Below are positions 34,497 through 48,300 of a DNA stretch of 64,000 bases, in pieces. Under the pieces are notes generated by a model that made no database searches, was not told the DNA's origin, and saw only the letters and a program-made list of their open reading frames with translations. How positions within the stretch are numbered: the first letter of the stretch is position 1; every line of letters starts with the position of its first letter. The position numbers and the translations under genes were made by a program. The stretch comes from Dendrobates tinctorius. Lineage: Eukaryota. The stretch is from the NCBI RefSeq assembly GCF_039654945.1, contig NW_027361863.1, positions 17,298,001 through 17,362,000 on the forward strand, given 5' to 3'.

Positions 34497-37400
34497 AGCC
34501 CCAGACCACCAGGGATGCTGACATTACACCTGACTGCCCTAGACCACCAGGGATGCTGACATTACACCTGACTGCCCTAGACCACCAGGGATGCTGACAT
34601 TACACCTGACTGCCCTAGACCACCAGGGATGCTGACATTACTCCTGACTGCCCTAGACCACCAGGGATGGTGACATTACACCTGACTGCCCTAGACCACC
34701 AGGGATGGTGACATTACACCTGACTGCCCTATACCACCAGGGATGCTGACATTACACCTGACTGCCCTAGACCACCAGGGATGCTGACATTACACCTGAC
34801 TGCCCTAGACCACCAGGGATGCTGACATTACACCTGACTGCCCTAGACCACCAGGGATGCTGACATTACACCTGACTGCCCTAGACCACCAGGGATGCTG
34901 ACATTACACCTGACTGCCCTAGACCACCAGGGATGCTGACATTACACCTGACTGCCCTAGACCACCAAGGATGCTGACATTACACCTGACTGCCCTAGAC
35001 CACCAGGGATGCTGACATTACACCTGACTGCTCTAGACCACCAGGGATGCTGACATTACACCTGACTGCCATAGATCACCAGGGATGCTGACATTACACC
35101 TGACTGCCATAGACCACCAGGGATGCTGACATTACACCTGACTGCCCTACACCACCAGGGATGCTGACATTACACCTGACTGCCCTACACCACCAGGGAT
35201 GCTGACATTACACCTGACTGCCCTACACCACCAGGGATGCTGACATTACACCTGACTGCCCTAGACCACCAGGGATGCTGACATTACACCTGACTGCCCT
35301 AGACCACCAGGGATGCTGACATTACACCTGACTGCCCTAGACCACCAAGGATGCTGACATTACACCTGACTGCCCTAGACCACCAGGGATGCTGACATTA
35401 CACCTGACTGCTCTAGACCACCAGGGATGCTGACATTACACCTGACTGCCATAGACCACCAGGGATGCTGACATTACACCTGACTGCCCTACACCACCAG
35501 GGATGCTGACATTACACCTGACTGCCCTACACCACCAGGGATGCTGACATTACACCTGACTGCCCTACACCACCAGGGATGCTGACATTACACCTGACTG
35601 CCCTACACCATCAGGGATGCTGACATTACACCTGACTGCCCTACACCACCAGGGATGCTGACATTACTCCTGACTGCCCTACACCATCAGGGATGCTGAC
35701 ATTACACCTGACTGCCCTACACCATCAGGGATGCTGACATTACACCTGACTGCCCTACACCATCAGGGATGCTGACATTACACCTGACTGCCCTACACCA
35801 TCAGGGATGCTGATATTATCCAATACTGCAATTAGACTAGCATGGCGCTCATATTAACCACTCTACGGCCTAAATCCTGACATAGCCCCTTACTTCCCTG
35901 GACCACCAGGAATCCTGACATAGCCCTCTACTGCCCTAGACCACTATGGGTGCTGACATAGTTCTTACTGTCCCAGACCACTATGGGTGCTCACATAGCC
36001 CCTTGGGGTATGTGCACACATTGCAGATTTGTTGCGGATCCGCAGCGGATTTTCCGTGCAGAAACTGTGCAGATCCGCAAGTGTGAGACCATACAATGTT
36101 AGCCAATGGAAAAAAAATTGATGTGCACAAGGTGCGGAAAATTCCGCACCGAATCCGCAGTGTTCTATTTTCGCAGCATGCCAATTGTTTGTGCGGATTA
36201 TGCAGCGTTTTTACACCCATTTTATTATAGAAATCAGCAGGTGTGAAAATGCATGCCCAATCCACACAAAATCCGCATAAAATCCGCGTGGGTTCTGACC
36301 TGCGTTTTCTGGCAAGAGACGCCGAATCCCGCTCAGGAAATTCCTGAGCCCATGTGCACACGTTGCGGATTGGCCTGTGGATTTTTCCGCATGGAATCTG
36401 CATCTCTTGGCAGAAAACGCAGGCCAAATTAGTTGCGGATTTCTTGCAGAATTGATGCGGATTGTCATGCGTTTTTTGATGTGCGGATTTGCCTTACTCA
36501 ATGTAGAGTCAATGGGTGCAAAAGCGCTGCATTTCCACACAAAGAATTGACATGCTGCGGAAAAAAAAAAACGCCGGGAATCCACGTGGATTTTTCTGCA
36601 GCATGTGCACAGCAATTCTCAATTTCCCATTGATTATCATTGGTACTGTACTACACTGCGGATTTGATACAACTCCGTGCGTCCAAAAACGCTGCGGACA
36701 CGCATCAAAATCGTGTGCACACAGCCTTACTGTTCTAGACCACTATGGGTGCTCACATAACCCCCACTGCCATAGACCACTATGGGAGCTCACATAACCC
36801 CCACTGCCCTAGACCACTATGGGTGCTCACATAACCCCCACTGCCCTAGACCACTATGGGTGCTCACATAACCCCCACTGCCCTAGACCACTATGGGAGC
36901 TCACATAACCCCCACTGCCCTAGACCACTATGGGAGCTCACATAACCCCCACTGCCCTAGACCACTATGGGAGCTCACATAACCCCCACTGCCCTAGACC
37001 ACTATGGGAGCTCACATAACCCCCACTGCCCTAGACCACTATGGGAGCTCACATAACCCCCACTGCCCTAGACCACTATGGGAGCTCACATAGCCCCCAC
37101 TGCCCTAGACCACTATGGGAGCTCACATAGCCCCCACTGCCCTAGACCACTATGGGAGCTCACATAGCCCCCACTGCCCTAGACCACTATGGGAGCTCAC
37201 ATAACCCCCACTGCCCTAGACCACTATGGGAGCTCACATAACCCCCACTGCCCTAGACCACTATGGGAGCTCACATAACCCCCACTGCCCTAGACCACTA
37301 TGGGTGCTAACATAACCCCCATTGCCATAGACCACCTGGGATGCTGACATAGCCTCTTACTGCCCTAGACCACTATGGGAGCTCACATAACCCCGACTGC

Positions 37401-38400
37401 CCTAGACCACTATGGGAGCTCACATAACCCCACTGCCATAGACCACCTGGGATGCTGACATAGCCCCTTACTGCCCTAGACCACTATGGGAGCTCACATA
37501 GCCCCCACTGCCCTAGACCACTATGGGAGCTCACATAACCCCCACTGCTCTAGACCACTATGGGAGCTCACATAACCCCACTGCCCTAGACCACTATGGG
37601 AGCTCACATAACCCCCACTGCCCTAGACCACTATGGGTGCTAACATAACCCCCATTGCCATAGACCACCTGGGATGCTGACATAGCCTCTTACTGCCCTA
37701 GACCACTATGGGAGCTCACATAACCCCGACTGCCCTAGACCACTATGGGAGCTCACATAACCCCCACTGCCATAGACCACCTGGGATGCTGACATAGCCC
37801 CTTACTGCCCTAGACCACTATGGGCGCTGACATAGCCCCTTACTGTCTTGGACCACTATGAGCGCTGACATAGCCCCTTACTGGCTTAGACCACCAGGGA
37901 TGCTGACATTAACTACTTCACTACCATAGACCACAAGTTATTCTGATGATAATTGCTTACTGCCTTTTTAGACTGGAAAGGATGCTAACATTACCAGTTA
38001 CTTACACTAGACCACCAGGAGTGCTGAAACCAACCCCTTACTGTCCTGGACTGCCAGGGATACTGACATTAACCTCTTACTGTCCTAGGCTACCAGGCAT
38101 GCTAATATTCTGCCATAGAATACTAGTGATGCTGACTTTAACCCTTTGCTACCCTAGACAGTTATGGTCATTGATATTAACCTAATGTACCCCTAGACTA
38201 TCAGCCATGCTAACATTAATCTCCTCCTAACCTAGACCACCAACGATGCTGCTTTGCATTCCTAGACCACCATTGATACGTAATAATCCCTTATGACCCT
38301 AGTCCATCAGATAAATTAGAATTGATCATATTGAGTACACTAGACCACCAGGGATATTGATCTTAGTGAATACACTAGATTACCGAGGATGTCGGTATCA
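34497..38400. repeat. 38-bp (left) and 37-bp (right) related minisatellite, decaying rightwards
   Basis: GACCACCAGGGATGCTGACATTACACCTGACTGCCCTA and GACCACTATGGGAGCTCACATAACCCCCACTGCCCTA units. Confidence 0.95.
36006..36726. mobile_element. Harbinger-type MITE (possibly dimeric) inserted in the minisatellite
   Basis: GGGTATGTGCACAC ... GTGTGCACACAGCC|TTA; internal GTGCACACG at ~36355; resembles the MITE at 14181. Confidence 0.8.
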
Positions 38401-39204
38401 ACCCTTAAAGTGACCCTCTCCTCCGATAGTAAATGTGACTATACAATTCTCATATATAGTCAGTCTTTAGACCTACTGGCTCCTGGCTATGTAGACGTAT
38501 CTCCCCCAATAAAAATGACACCTTTCTTGTAGAGATCCCATGTGGCAGTCATGAGAAATCCAGTGTAGATGCCATATGCAAATCAGGCTGGGAGTCCACT
38601 GGGGGCGTGTCGGTATCCTTGGAAGACGCAGTGACATGCCCCCCAGTGCACTTCCAGCCTAATTTGCATATATCTTCTACAGTAGATTCCTCATGACTGG
38701 CACACCAGATCTCTACAAGGAAGATGTCATTTTTATAGGGGGACAAGCACCCATGCAAACAGACCGCTACGCCCATTAGTAAACTAGGATACGCCACCTC
38801 TGTCTCACCAGGGGAAAAGGAAGATCTGTGCTGCTGACCTGTTTACCCCACAGAGCGTTGTTACACTGGATACAACTGCAACAAACCCTCAGCTGTGTGC
38901 GAGAGTGTTGGCAGCGAATACGATGGCCAAGAACCATACTGCCCAAATCATAATCCTCTCCGCATAAACTGTGTTATTCCAGACGTATGCCCATATGGCG
39001 TCACATCAGACCAGATGTCCCACAACACGGCAGCAATTTATACACAACCCCCAGCGAGTGTCCTGCAGCCCGAACCAGACAAGAACAGCGCGACTGCCCT
39101 CCGCTGACCGCCATGTTTCATCCGGGCCACAAATTGTATGAGAAAGTGGCGCAAAGATGTAACATAATGCAGCAGACAAATCTTATAGACCTCCAAATAT
39201 TTCA

Positions 39205-40660
39205 CATAGAGAGAGCGGAGTGCTGAGAGAACGGAGTACTGTGAGAGTGCTGAGAGCGGAGTGCTGAGAGAACGGAGTGCTGTGAGAGACCGGAGTACTG
39301 TGAGAGTGCTGAGAGAACGGAGTACTGTGAGAGAGCGGAGTGCTGTGAGAGTGCTGAGAGAAAAGGAAGTGCTGTGAGAGTGCTGAGAGAGTGGAGTGCT
39401 GAGAGCAGAGTGCTGAGAGCAGAGTACTGTGAGAGAGCTGAGAGACCGGAGTACTGTAAGAGTGCTGAGAACAGAGTGCTGAGAGCGTAGTACTGTAAGA
39501 GTGCTGAGAGCAGAGTGCTGTGAGAGTGCTGAGAGAACGGAGTACTGTGAGAGAGCGGAGTGCTGAGAGAAAAGGAAGTGTTGTGAGAGTGCTGAGAGCG
39601 GAGTACTGTAAGAGTGCTGAGAGACTGGAGTGCTGAGAGCCGAGTGCTATGAGAGTGCTGAGAGCAGAGTACTGTGAGAGAGCCGAGAGACCGGAGTACT
39701 GTAAGAGTGCTGAGAGCAGAATGCTGAGAGCGTAGTACTGTAAGAGTGCTGAGAGCAGAGTGCTGTGAGAGTGCTGAGAGAATGGAGTACTGAGAGAGTG
39801 CTGAGAGCAGAGTGCTGAGAGCGTAGTACTGTAAGAGTGCTGAGAGCAGAGTGCTGTGAGACTGCTGAGAGAATGGAGTACTGTGAGAGAGCGGAGTGCT
39901 GAGAGAACAGGAAGTGCTGTGAGTGCTGAGAGCGGAGTACTGTAAGAGTGCTGAGAGTGGAGTGCTGAGAGAGGAGTGCTGTGAGAGTGCTGAGAGCAGA
40001 GTACTGTGAGAGAGCTGAGAGACTGGAGTACTGTGAGAGTGCTGAGAGCAGAGTGCTGAGAGTGGAGTACAGTGAGAGTGCTGAGTGCTGAGTACAGTGA
40101 GAGTGCTGAGTACAGTGAGAGTGCTGAGAGAACGGAGTAATGTGAGAGTGCTGAGAGAATGGAGTAATGTGAGAGAGAACAGAGTACAGTGAGAGTGCTG
40201 AGAGAATGGAGTAATGTGAGAGAGAACAGAGTACAGTGAGAGTGCTGAGAGAATGGAGTAATGTGAGAGAGAACAGAGTACAGTGAGAGTGCTGAGAGAA
40301 CGGAGTAATGTGAGAGCGGAGTACTGCAATAGTGCCAATAGAGAGAGCGGAGTACTGTGAGAGTGCTAATATAGAGAGCGGAGTACTGTGAGAGTGCTAA
40401 TATAGAGAGTAGAGTAGTGTGAGAGTGCTTATAGCAAGTACTGTGAGAGTGCTAATATAGAGAGTGGAGTACTGCGAGAGTGCTGAGAGAGTGGAGTGCT
40501 GTAAGAGTGCTAATATAGAGAGGGGAATACTGTGAGTGCTAATATAGAGAGCGGAGTGCGGTGAGAATGGAGTGCTGTGAAAGTGCTGAGAGCAGAGTAC
40601 TGTGAGAGCGGATTACTTTGACAGTGCTGAGAGCGGAGTGCTGAGAAAGCAGAGTACTGT
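39205..40660. repeat. Degenerate GAGAGTGCT/GAGTACTGT short-unit repeat (also 41150-41290)
   Basis: Direct observation. Confidence 0.9.
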
Positions 40661-41849
40661 AGGGGGTTACAGAAACTGTCCTGAACCTCCAAACTTGCCC
40701 TGGTTTAGTGTGTGTATTTGTACAATTGTGTATATATTGTTGGCTCGTAATGATGTGTGCAAAATCTGTTATGTAGATATGTATATGATTAGGGAAAGTG
40801 TAGTGTACAAGTTTGGTCACTAGATGGGGGTATTATAGGTGCTTAGTGTAGGACAAGAGTTCATTTGTGTAAATGGTTAACTGTAGGAGGGGTTAGCTGG
40901 GTGTAAGGTAGAATCAGGGCTAGGTAGCCTGAAGTGCTCGGGCGGGCTAAATGCCCGAGCTACTCAGCGCCTCGCAACGTTTAAGTTGGAACCAAGCCAC
41001 CCAGAGTCAGTGGGACAGCATAGCCCCAGATATAGCAGCGACAGCATCTACAGGAACTTGGGATAGAGGAGAAGTTACCGCAGCACAGCAGGGCAGGTCG
41101 CTCACCATGTGGCAGATCATTGCTTGGGCTGATGCCCTCAGAACAAGGGAGCTGTGAGAGTGCTGATAGAGAGCGGAGTACTGTGAGAGTGCTAATAGAG
41201 GGAGCAGAGTACTGCGAGAGGGCTAATAGAGAGTAGAGTACTGTGAGAGGGCTAATAGAGAGAGCAGAGTACTGTGAGAGTGCTAACAGAGAGGCTCTGG
41301 ATGGATGGAGTTAACTGGCCTCACTCAGCTAATTTGCTAATAAAATTTTTTAGGTTTCAGTAACCAAATGAGTCTCCCGCTGTCTATCCTTGTGTCACTC
41401 TCTGAGATTTCACTTGTCCAAGCTGTCTCCTCTGTGGATGTCTCATGTATGGAGGCCCCTATCACTAGTCGTGGGCTGACTCCAGGGGCTTCTGTGCAGT
41501 TATTGACATTTCTTGTTCCTCTGTCCTCTGACGGTGTGAGCCGTCCTTCTCCTTGTGCGTCTCTGCTGGATAATCTCTTTAGTGTAATCTGGTGGCTTTT
41601 GCTGCTGTCGTCCGCCCTCCACACTCACAATCCAGTGTGTTCGCTATGAGGCACGAGACGCGTCACACATCATGTACAGATCTAAGTACGATATGAACGC
41701 CCAAGAAAGTGCACCACAAATCAGATGACAAATGTACCTCTAAAGTAAGAGGGTCCTCTGTCCCTGAGCTATTTCCTAATTATATGTAGCTGGAGAAAAT
41801 GTGAGCCAACAGCTATGGCTACCACAAGAATAGTTACCCAACAAGTAAT

Positions 41850-42251
41850 CCTGATCCTGAGTTACATCCTGTATTATACTCCAGAGCTGCATTCACTATT
41901 CTGCTGGTGCAGTCACTGTCTACATACATTACATTACTGATCTTGAGTTACATCCTGTATTATTATACTCCACAGCTGCACGCACTATTCTGCTGGTGCA
42001 GTCACTGTGTACATACATTACTGATCCTGAGTTACATCCTGTATTATTATACTCCAGAGCTGCACTCACTATTCTGCTGGTGCAGTCACTGTGTACATAC
42101 ATTACTGATCCTGAGTTACATCCTGTATTATTATACTCCAGAGCTGCACTCACTATTCTGCTGGTGCAGTCACTGTGTACATACATTACTGATCCTGAGT
42201 TACATCCTGTATTATACTCCAGAGCTGCACTCACTATTCTGCTGGTGCAGT
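41850..42251. repeat. ~80-bp minisatellite (ACTGATCCTGAGTTACATCCTGTATTATACTCCAGAGCTGCACTCACTATTCTGCTGGTGCAGTC..), continuing at 49340-49600 beyond the Gypsy insertion
   Basis: Same unit on both sides of the LTR element. Confidence 0.93.
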
Positions 42252-43289
42252 TGTGGTATTTGCAGGTACGCAGGATGCAGTGACGAGTCGCGAGACAATT
42301 TGGTGCCTTCTAAAATAACGTTTATAAGACTAGAGGTAACTTTCCTCCGTCACGGCCTGATCACCAACAGGGGTAAAACGGGTTGCCCTCGCAGGGGCTC
42401 TAAACAAGTAAACACAAATAGGTAGAACATGACTACTCCCGGCAATAGCCGGTCACTATAGGGCCGCGGTATGGCTGACTACGGGTGCTTAATGGTAAAG
42501 TCAACTTAGCTGTCCAGACGTCCCTCGCCGTTCGGGTTGGTAGTCTTTCGGCGTAGAAGTTGCTGAGGCGTTGACGGAGTCTTCGCGCCCTCCCGCGTGC
42601 TGGTGATACCGGAGCCCCACAGGCCCCGGCGGAGTCCTTGGACGGGTGGTCCGCAGACCCCGGCCTGGGGCAAGCAGTAGCGATGAGTGGTGGCGAATGA
42701 CAGGCCACCTGTGCAGCTAGCGGCTGCGACGGGGAGTCCGCAGTCAGCCGGGTCCCGGCCCCTGCTGCGGACCGGAGCGGGACAGTGGTGACCGCCGACG
42801 GCACGGTACTTGCTGGGGCCACGCGCGAATATGGGGCGGCTGCGGGCGGCGAGGAACAGGCCGCAGCCGCAGGCTGAGGGGTGGCGGCAGCGGCCGCAGG
42901 TAGGCTACAGCTACGGGCTGAGACGAGGCGGCAGTGGCCGCGGGTTGAACTGAGGCAGCAGTGGCCGCGGGCTGGAACGGGGCAGCAAGTCTCGGCCGGT
43001 CGCCTTGGCACTGTCCCACTGGAGTCCTCTGTGCGCGTCCTCTCTGGCACTGGTGGGTCGGTCTAGCTTCCAGTCGCTCCCACGCTCTCCTGCAGTCTCT
43101 GTCCCGGTCTGCTGACTCATCGCCTGGGGAATTCCCCGCCTCTTTTATACTGGTCCCTCCCCCAGCCCATCTGTCTGTCAGAACGGTCCGTCCCCGAATT
43201 CTGTCCTCCGGGGACAGTTTCCCCCGGAACCCAGATGACGGCTCCTTTGGTTCCTGCCCGGATACTCGACGGGGGCCGTTCCTCCCACA
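42252..43289 (-). repeat. 3' LTR of the Gypsy element
   Basis: Preceded on the minus strand by the PPT GGGTGGGGGAG (43290-43300). Confidence 0.95.
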
Positions 43290-43299
43290 CTCCCCCACC

Positions 43300-46200
43300 C
43301 TGTATGCTCGCCAGTCCTCGGGCGAGGGTTTTTGTAGACTTGGGTTAGTCTTTTGAGAAGATAGTCCTTGCCGCCATACGAACTGGTCCTGTTTGTAACG
43401 TTCAGGGGGTTTTCCAGCTGTTGACCGCTCGGAGCGTCGAAGCTCGGGTGTAGTGGAGTCCTCTGGGGTGGTGGCGGGTGGTCGACTAGTTGATTCTGGT
43501 GGAATTTCCGGGTCTACTGTAGTGCCACTACTGGGGCGCCCCGCAGATGTGACGGGGAAGTCCTCTTCGTCATCCATGTCCCAGACCGTAGGCAGCGGGT
43601 CAAGGACCTGGAGGGTCGGTTCGGGCCGTGGGGGATCGGTAGACGTACATGGTCGCAACATGTTACGGTGCACAACCAGAGTGAGAGGTGCGTCGTTTCC
43701 TTCAGATTGTATTTCGTACACAGGCCTGTCGGGGCTCACTCGGCGCAACACCCGGTACGGGTTCGCCTCCCACTGGGGTTCTAACTTGTTTTGGGGGCGT
43801 TGATCAAGTACGAGTACCCGATCCCCAGCTTGAAAGTCAATGGGTGGGGGCAGTGATCCCCTTGGTGTTCTAAATCCTGGAGCTTCGTGTGGACGATACT
43901 GTGGAGGGTCTACAGCCGATGTCGGTGGCTTCGAACCCACTAGGATACCCCGGTCCAGGGTTGTGGTTCCTCAGGGTTCAATTCCACCTCCGTAATTCCT
44001 TTGCCTTCTCGTCCGAATAGCAATGAGTAGGGGGTGTAACCAGTCACTCGATGCACCCGATTGTTATATACCCACACTAGCTCGGGGACATATTCAGGCC
44101 AGCGGGCCTTGCGGTCGCTCTCAAGGGTGCGCAGCATTTGGATTAGTGTACGATTGAATCGCTCGCAGGCTCCGTTCCCCTGCGGGTGGTATGGCGTAGT
44201 CCGCGATTTATCGATACCGTAAAGATGGTGTAGCTCTTCCATGACTTTTCCTAGGAAGCACGCTCCTTGATCCGAATGTATTCGTTGCGGACAGCCGTAC
44301 ACTTGAATAAAGTTCTTACAAATCGCATAAGCGGCCGACTCCGCTGTTTTGTCTCGGGTGGGGGTGACCACGGTGAACTTGGTGAAATGGTCCACCATAA
44401 CGAAACAATGTTCATACCCCTGATAGGCAGGACCTATGGTCAGATAATCCACCGAAAGAAGCTCCAGAGGGGCTGATGTGACAATCTTTTTCACCGGGGC
44501 TCGCTGCGCAGGGGGTTTAGCGAGCTCGCACAGGCGGCAGGTTCGACAAGCTTCTTCTACGGCATCGTGCAAGCGTGGGTGGTACACCGTCTGCTGCAGC
44601 CATTGTAAAGTCTTTTGAGCACCAAAGTGAGCCCCTTTTTCATGGGCATCCCGGGCCAGTTGGTTGAGATGAGCTCCGGGCACAATGACATGTCATATCG
44701 TAGCTGACGTGGTTCGTGACATGGCCTTTCAATATAAAAGTCCCTTTTTGATGACTAGTTTTTCCCACTGCCGCAGCATCAGCAACATATCTTGGGTCAA
44801 ATTTTGTCTCTGCGAGCCCGTGGGCAATTTACCAGTGGCCACCCATCGGCACAGGAGTAAAATTTCTGTATCCTCTTGTTGCTGCTGGATCCAGTTGTCG
44901 CGGGGTTGTCCCAGGATGTCCTTCTAGGAGTCCTGGATGAGGCACTTCTTGCGTGTTGACTGTAAGCGCGGCGGTGGTGAGGGCGAACGGCGTCTCATCT
45001 GCTTCCAATTTGTCGTCTCGGTTCCTTCCTGGGGTGCTGTGTCGGATTCTGGAGAGCGTGTCGGCGTGCACGTTTTCAGCTCCCCGTTTGTAGATGATCT
45101 TATAATTGAATTTGGCCATCCGAGCCACCCACCGCTGCTCGAGGGCCCCCAGTTTGGCATTCTCCAAATGGGCTAACGGGTTGTTATCGGTCCGCACAAC
45201 TACTTCGGAGCCCGCCAGATACTCTGCGAATCGCTCCGTCATTGCCCACACTACCGCGAGGAGCTCAAGCTTAAAGGAGCTGTAATTGTCCGGGTTGCAC
45301 TCTGAGTCGTGCAGCGACCGGCTACCATATGCGATCACTTTTTCCCGGCCATCCTGCACCTGTGACAACACAGCTCCTAGTCCCTGGAGGCTCCCGTCGG
45401 TATGCAGGATGAACGGTTGTGAAAAATCCGCATATGCCAGTACCGGGGCGTCCGAGAGAGCAGCTTTGAGGTCTTGAAACGCATCCTCTTGCAGTTGCTG
45501 CCACTGGATCTTCCGTCCATTCGCCCCGGCGGGAGTCCCCTTCAGCAGGTCTTGCAGGGCTCAGGCTCGGCGTGCAAAATTCTTCACGAACCGACGGTAG
45601 TAGCTGGCCAACCCCAAGAAGGCCCGCACATCCTTCACTGTCTCGGGGGTAGGCCACCCCTGGATGGCAGCGACCTTTTCCAGGGATGGTCAAACGCCCT
45701 CTGCCGAGACGGTATGCCCCAGGTACTCGATCTGGGTGCGGAACAGGTGGCATTTCTGGGGCTTTACCTTTAACCCGTACTTCTGCAGTCGGCCGAGCAC
45801 CTGCCCCAACCGCCTCAGGTAGTCCTCGAACGTGGCGGATTAGATAATGATATCGTCCAGGTATATCAATGTGGCTTCAAAGTTGAGGTCTCCTGTACAC
45901 CGCTCCATCAACCGCTGAAAAGTTCCGGGGACATTGGCGAGCCCAAACGGCATCCGATTGAACTCGAACAGACCCATAGGAAGGATGAATGCCGTCTTGG
46001 CTCTGTCTTCCTCCGACATCGGCACTTGCCAGTAGCCGCTGGCCAGGTCAAAGGTCGAAAAGTATGTTGCGTTCCCCAGGGCGGACAGAGACTCTTCTAT
46101 GCGGGGCAGTGGATACGAATCCTTGATGGTGCAGGCGTTCAACTTCCGGTAATCCACGCAAAAACATAGAGTGCCATCTTTCTTCCGAACCAGGACAAAA

Positions 46201-48282
46201 GGGGCCGCCCAAGGGCTTTGGCTCTCTCGTATGACCCCCTTCCGGAGCATTTGGGCTAATAGAATTTTCACGTCCTGATATAGCTGCGGTGGTATTTGCC
46301 AATACCGCTCCCGGATGGGGGCCGCTCCTGCCGTGGGGAACCCATGCGTGATGGCCGTGGTACATCCAAAGTCGTCCTCGTGGCTGGCGAAGACACTGTA
46401 ATATTGCCCAAGGAGTGTCTCTACTTGGAGAAGCTGGGCTGGCGCTAGGCCGGAAAGTTCAGCACGCATTCTCTCCAGAATGACTTGACCTTTTTCTTGG
46501 GCCGCGGACGCGGCAGCCTGTTGGGTTCGTACCGTTACTGCCCAGGGATCTTCGGGTTGCACCTACAACTGGACTGCGGGGTCCGGCAGCAGCTCCTCCA
46601 ATGGCCTTACTAGTTTGGCCATTTCGGCCTGGGGCTTCAGGGTGATATCCTGATCTTCCAGGTTGACACAACGTACCAAGACGGTCCCCTCCCGCACTGT
46701 GGCCAGAGAGCAGGCCAACAGGATGCCAGGGTGCAGGCGCTCTGAGTAACATGGTTCCACCTGCACCTCCACGCCCTCCAGTGGTATCGGGGCACGGATC
46801 GGCAGAGCCACCACCATCTGCGCCGGAGGAAGCACGAGCGGGGGGCCCGCCGGCGCGATGACCTTGCCCAGCGCCTCACCCTCCTGACACTCCTGGAGCA
46901 CTCGTGCCTCCCACACCAACCGCTGGAAGACCTGCCCCTGGGCCGTGCGAGAACCCCAATGACAGAGTCTCCTGAGTGGAATCGTTGAGGAGTAGATTGC
47001 CGAACTCCCACAGTACATTCATGCCCAAGATGATCGGATGACGGTCGTTAGTCTCTCCTTGAGTCAGGACCACTCCCCGGCGACCGAGGGATTTACCACA
47101 CAATGTCATCTGAAGCCACACCACCCCGTCGACAGGTACCGGCAGTTGGTTTGCGGCCACTAGTCGTATCATGGGTCCCCACTGTGGCCTTGCTGCTTCC
47201 GGGAAATGCTGCCGGAAGTACGTTGCCGGCATGGTCGTCACCTGCGACCCCGTATCCACTAGGCACCGCACTGCGCGACCCTCAACTTCGGCCCATACTG
47301 TTGGGCACTTAGCGACCAGTTCTTCGGGACTTCCACCACCCCTCGTTGTGGCTTCTGGCTCCGAACGGCGTCCCCCATGCCCGGAGCCCTCTAGTTTAAT
47401 GTCCGCCGGGGTGGGTATCTCCCACCCTGCGGACACTCCCGTGCGAAGTGGTCCAGTTCTCCACACTCATAGCACCGGGGCGGTGAGGCTCGGCCACCCT
47501 GGGTATTGCGAGGCCCCCAGGGCCCGGAATTGTAGCCAGGTCGGCCGGGCGCGGGCTCCGTTCTTTTCTTCATTTCGGCTAGCTCGCCCCGGATACTCTT
47601 CAGTTCTTGTCTCATTTCCTCAATCCATTGAGGTTCTTCGACAACGCTCACGGAGGACTCCATGCTCCGGGCCTTTCCCACAGGAGCCGTCATCCCCTGC
47701 TCTTGCTCTTGCACCCGGGCCTGACTCCTCACTTCGGAGAAGGCTAAACGTGGGTTCACTCGGACCTGCATGCTTAATTAGTGGGTCCCGAAGTCCAGTA
47801 ACTAGGAGGTCACGCAGGGTAATGTCGATGGGCCCTACCCCTTTTCCGTCCTTCCTTTCTATGGCGGTGTGTAGCTCCTGGAGGTCGTTCATATATTGAG
47901 TGATGGTCTCCCCCTCCCCCTGCATCCGACTGACAACCGGGTTCTCAACTCTCCCACTTCCGTGGGTCTCTTCCAGGATCTGTAGGACACTGGCGAAGGT
48001 GTTACGACGCCCCGGGGGTCTCAACATTACCGACTTCCGGGCCTCCCCATCTAGCGCCATAAGGGCCACCTCAGCCTCTAAATCGGGGGTCATGGGGTGC
48101 ATGCGGAAAAGGCCCTGCATACGTTCCGTCCAGCTCCACAACAGCGTATCGGAGCCAGAAACCCGGAGCAGGTTACTCAGCATAGCCCCTAGGGAGATTC
48201 TGGAGCGGGGACCCCTGTCATCCACCCTGCTCGCAGCCCCACTCTGATCAGGTGCACCACCGTCTGCGCTCGGAGACTGCAT
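43300..48282 (-). pseudogene. Gypsy gag-pol, disrupted
   Basis: ORF pieces 47620-48282, 47391-47771, 46876-47466, 45840-46562, 44829-45371 and 43940-44683. Confidence 0.92.
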
Positions 48283-48298
48283 CCTGCCGACTATGCCA
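48281..48298 (-). promoter_or_regulatory. Primer-binding site complementary to the tRNA-Ser 3' end
   Basis: Plus-strand ATCCTGCCGACTATGCCA versus tRNA-Ser 3' end ATCCTGCCGACTACGCCA (1 mismatch), 2 nt from the LTR. Confidence 0.9.
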
Positions 48299-48300
48299 AA

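Noticed and set aside
39202-40338. 378-aa S/L/H-rich ORF
   Set aside because: Low-complexity repeat translation.
41337-41649. Short overlapping ORFs in unique sequence
   Set aside because: No recognisable homology or convincing exon structure.
48281-48298. tRNA-Ser gene
   Set aside because: Only the 18-nt 3' end including CCA is present, next to an LTR, so it is a PBS.
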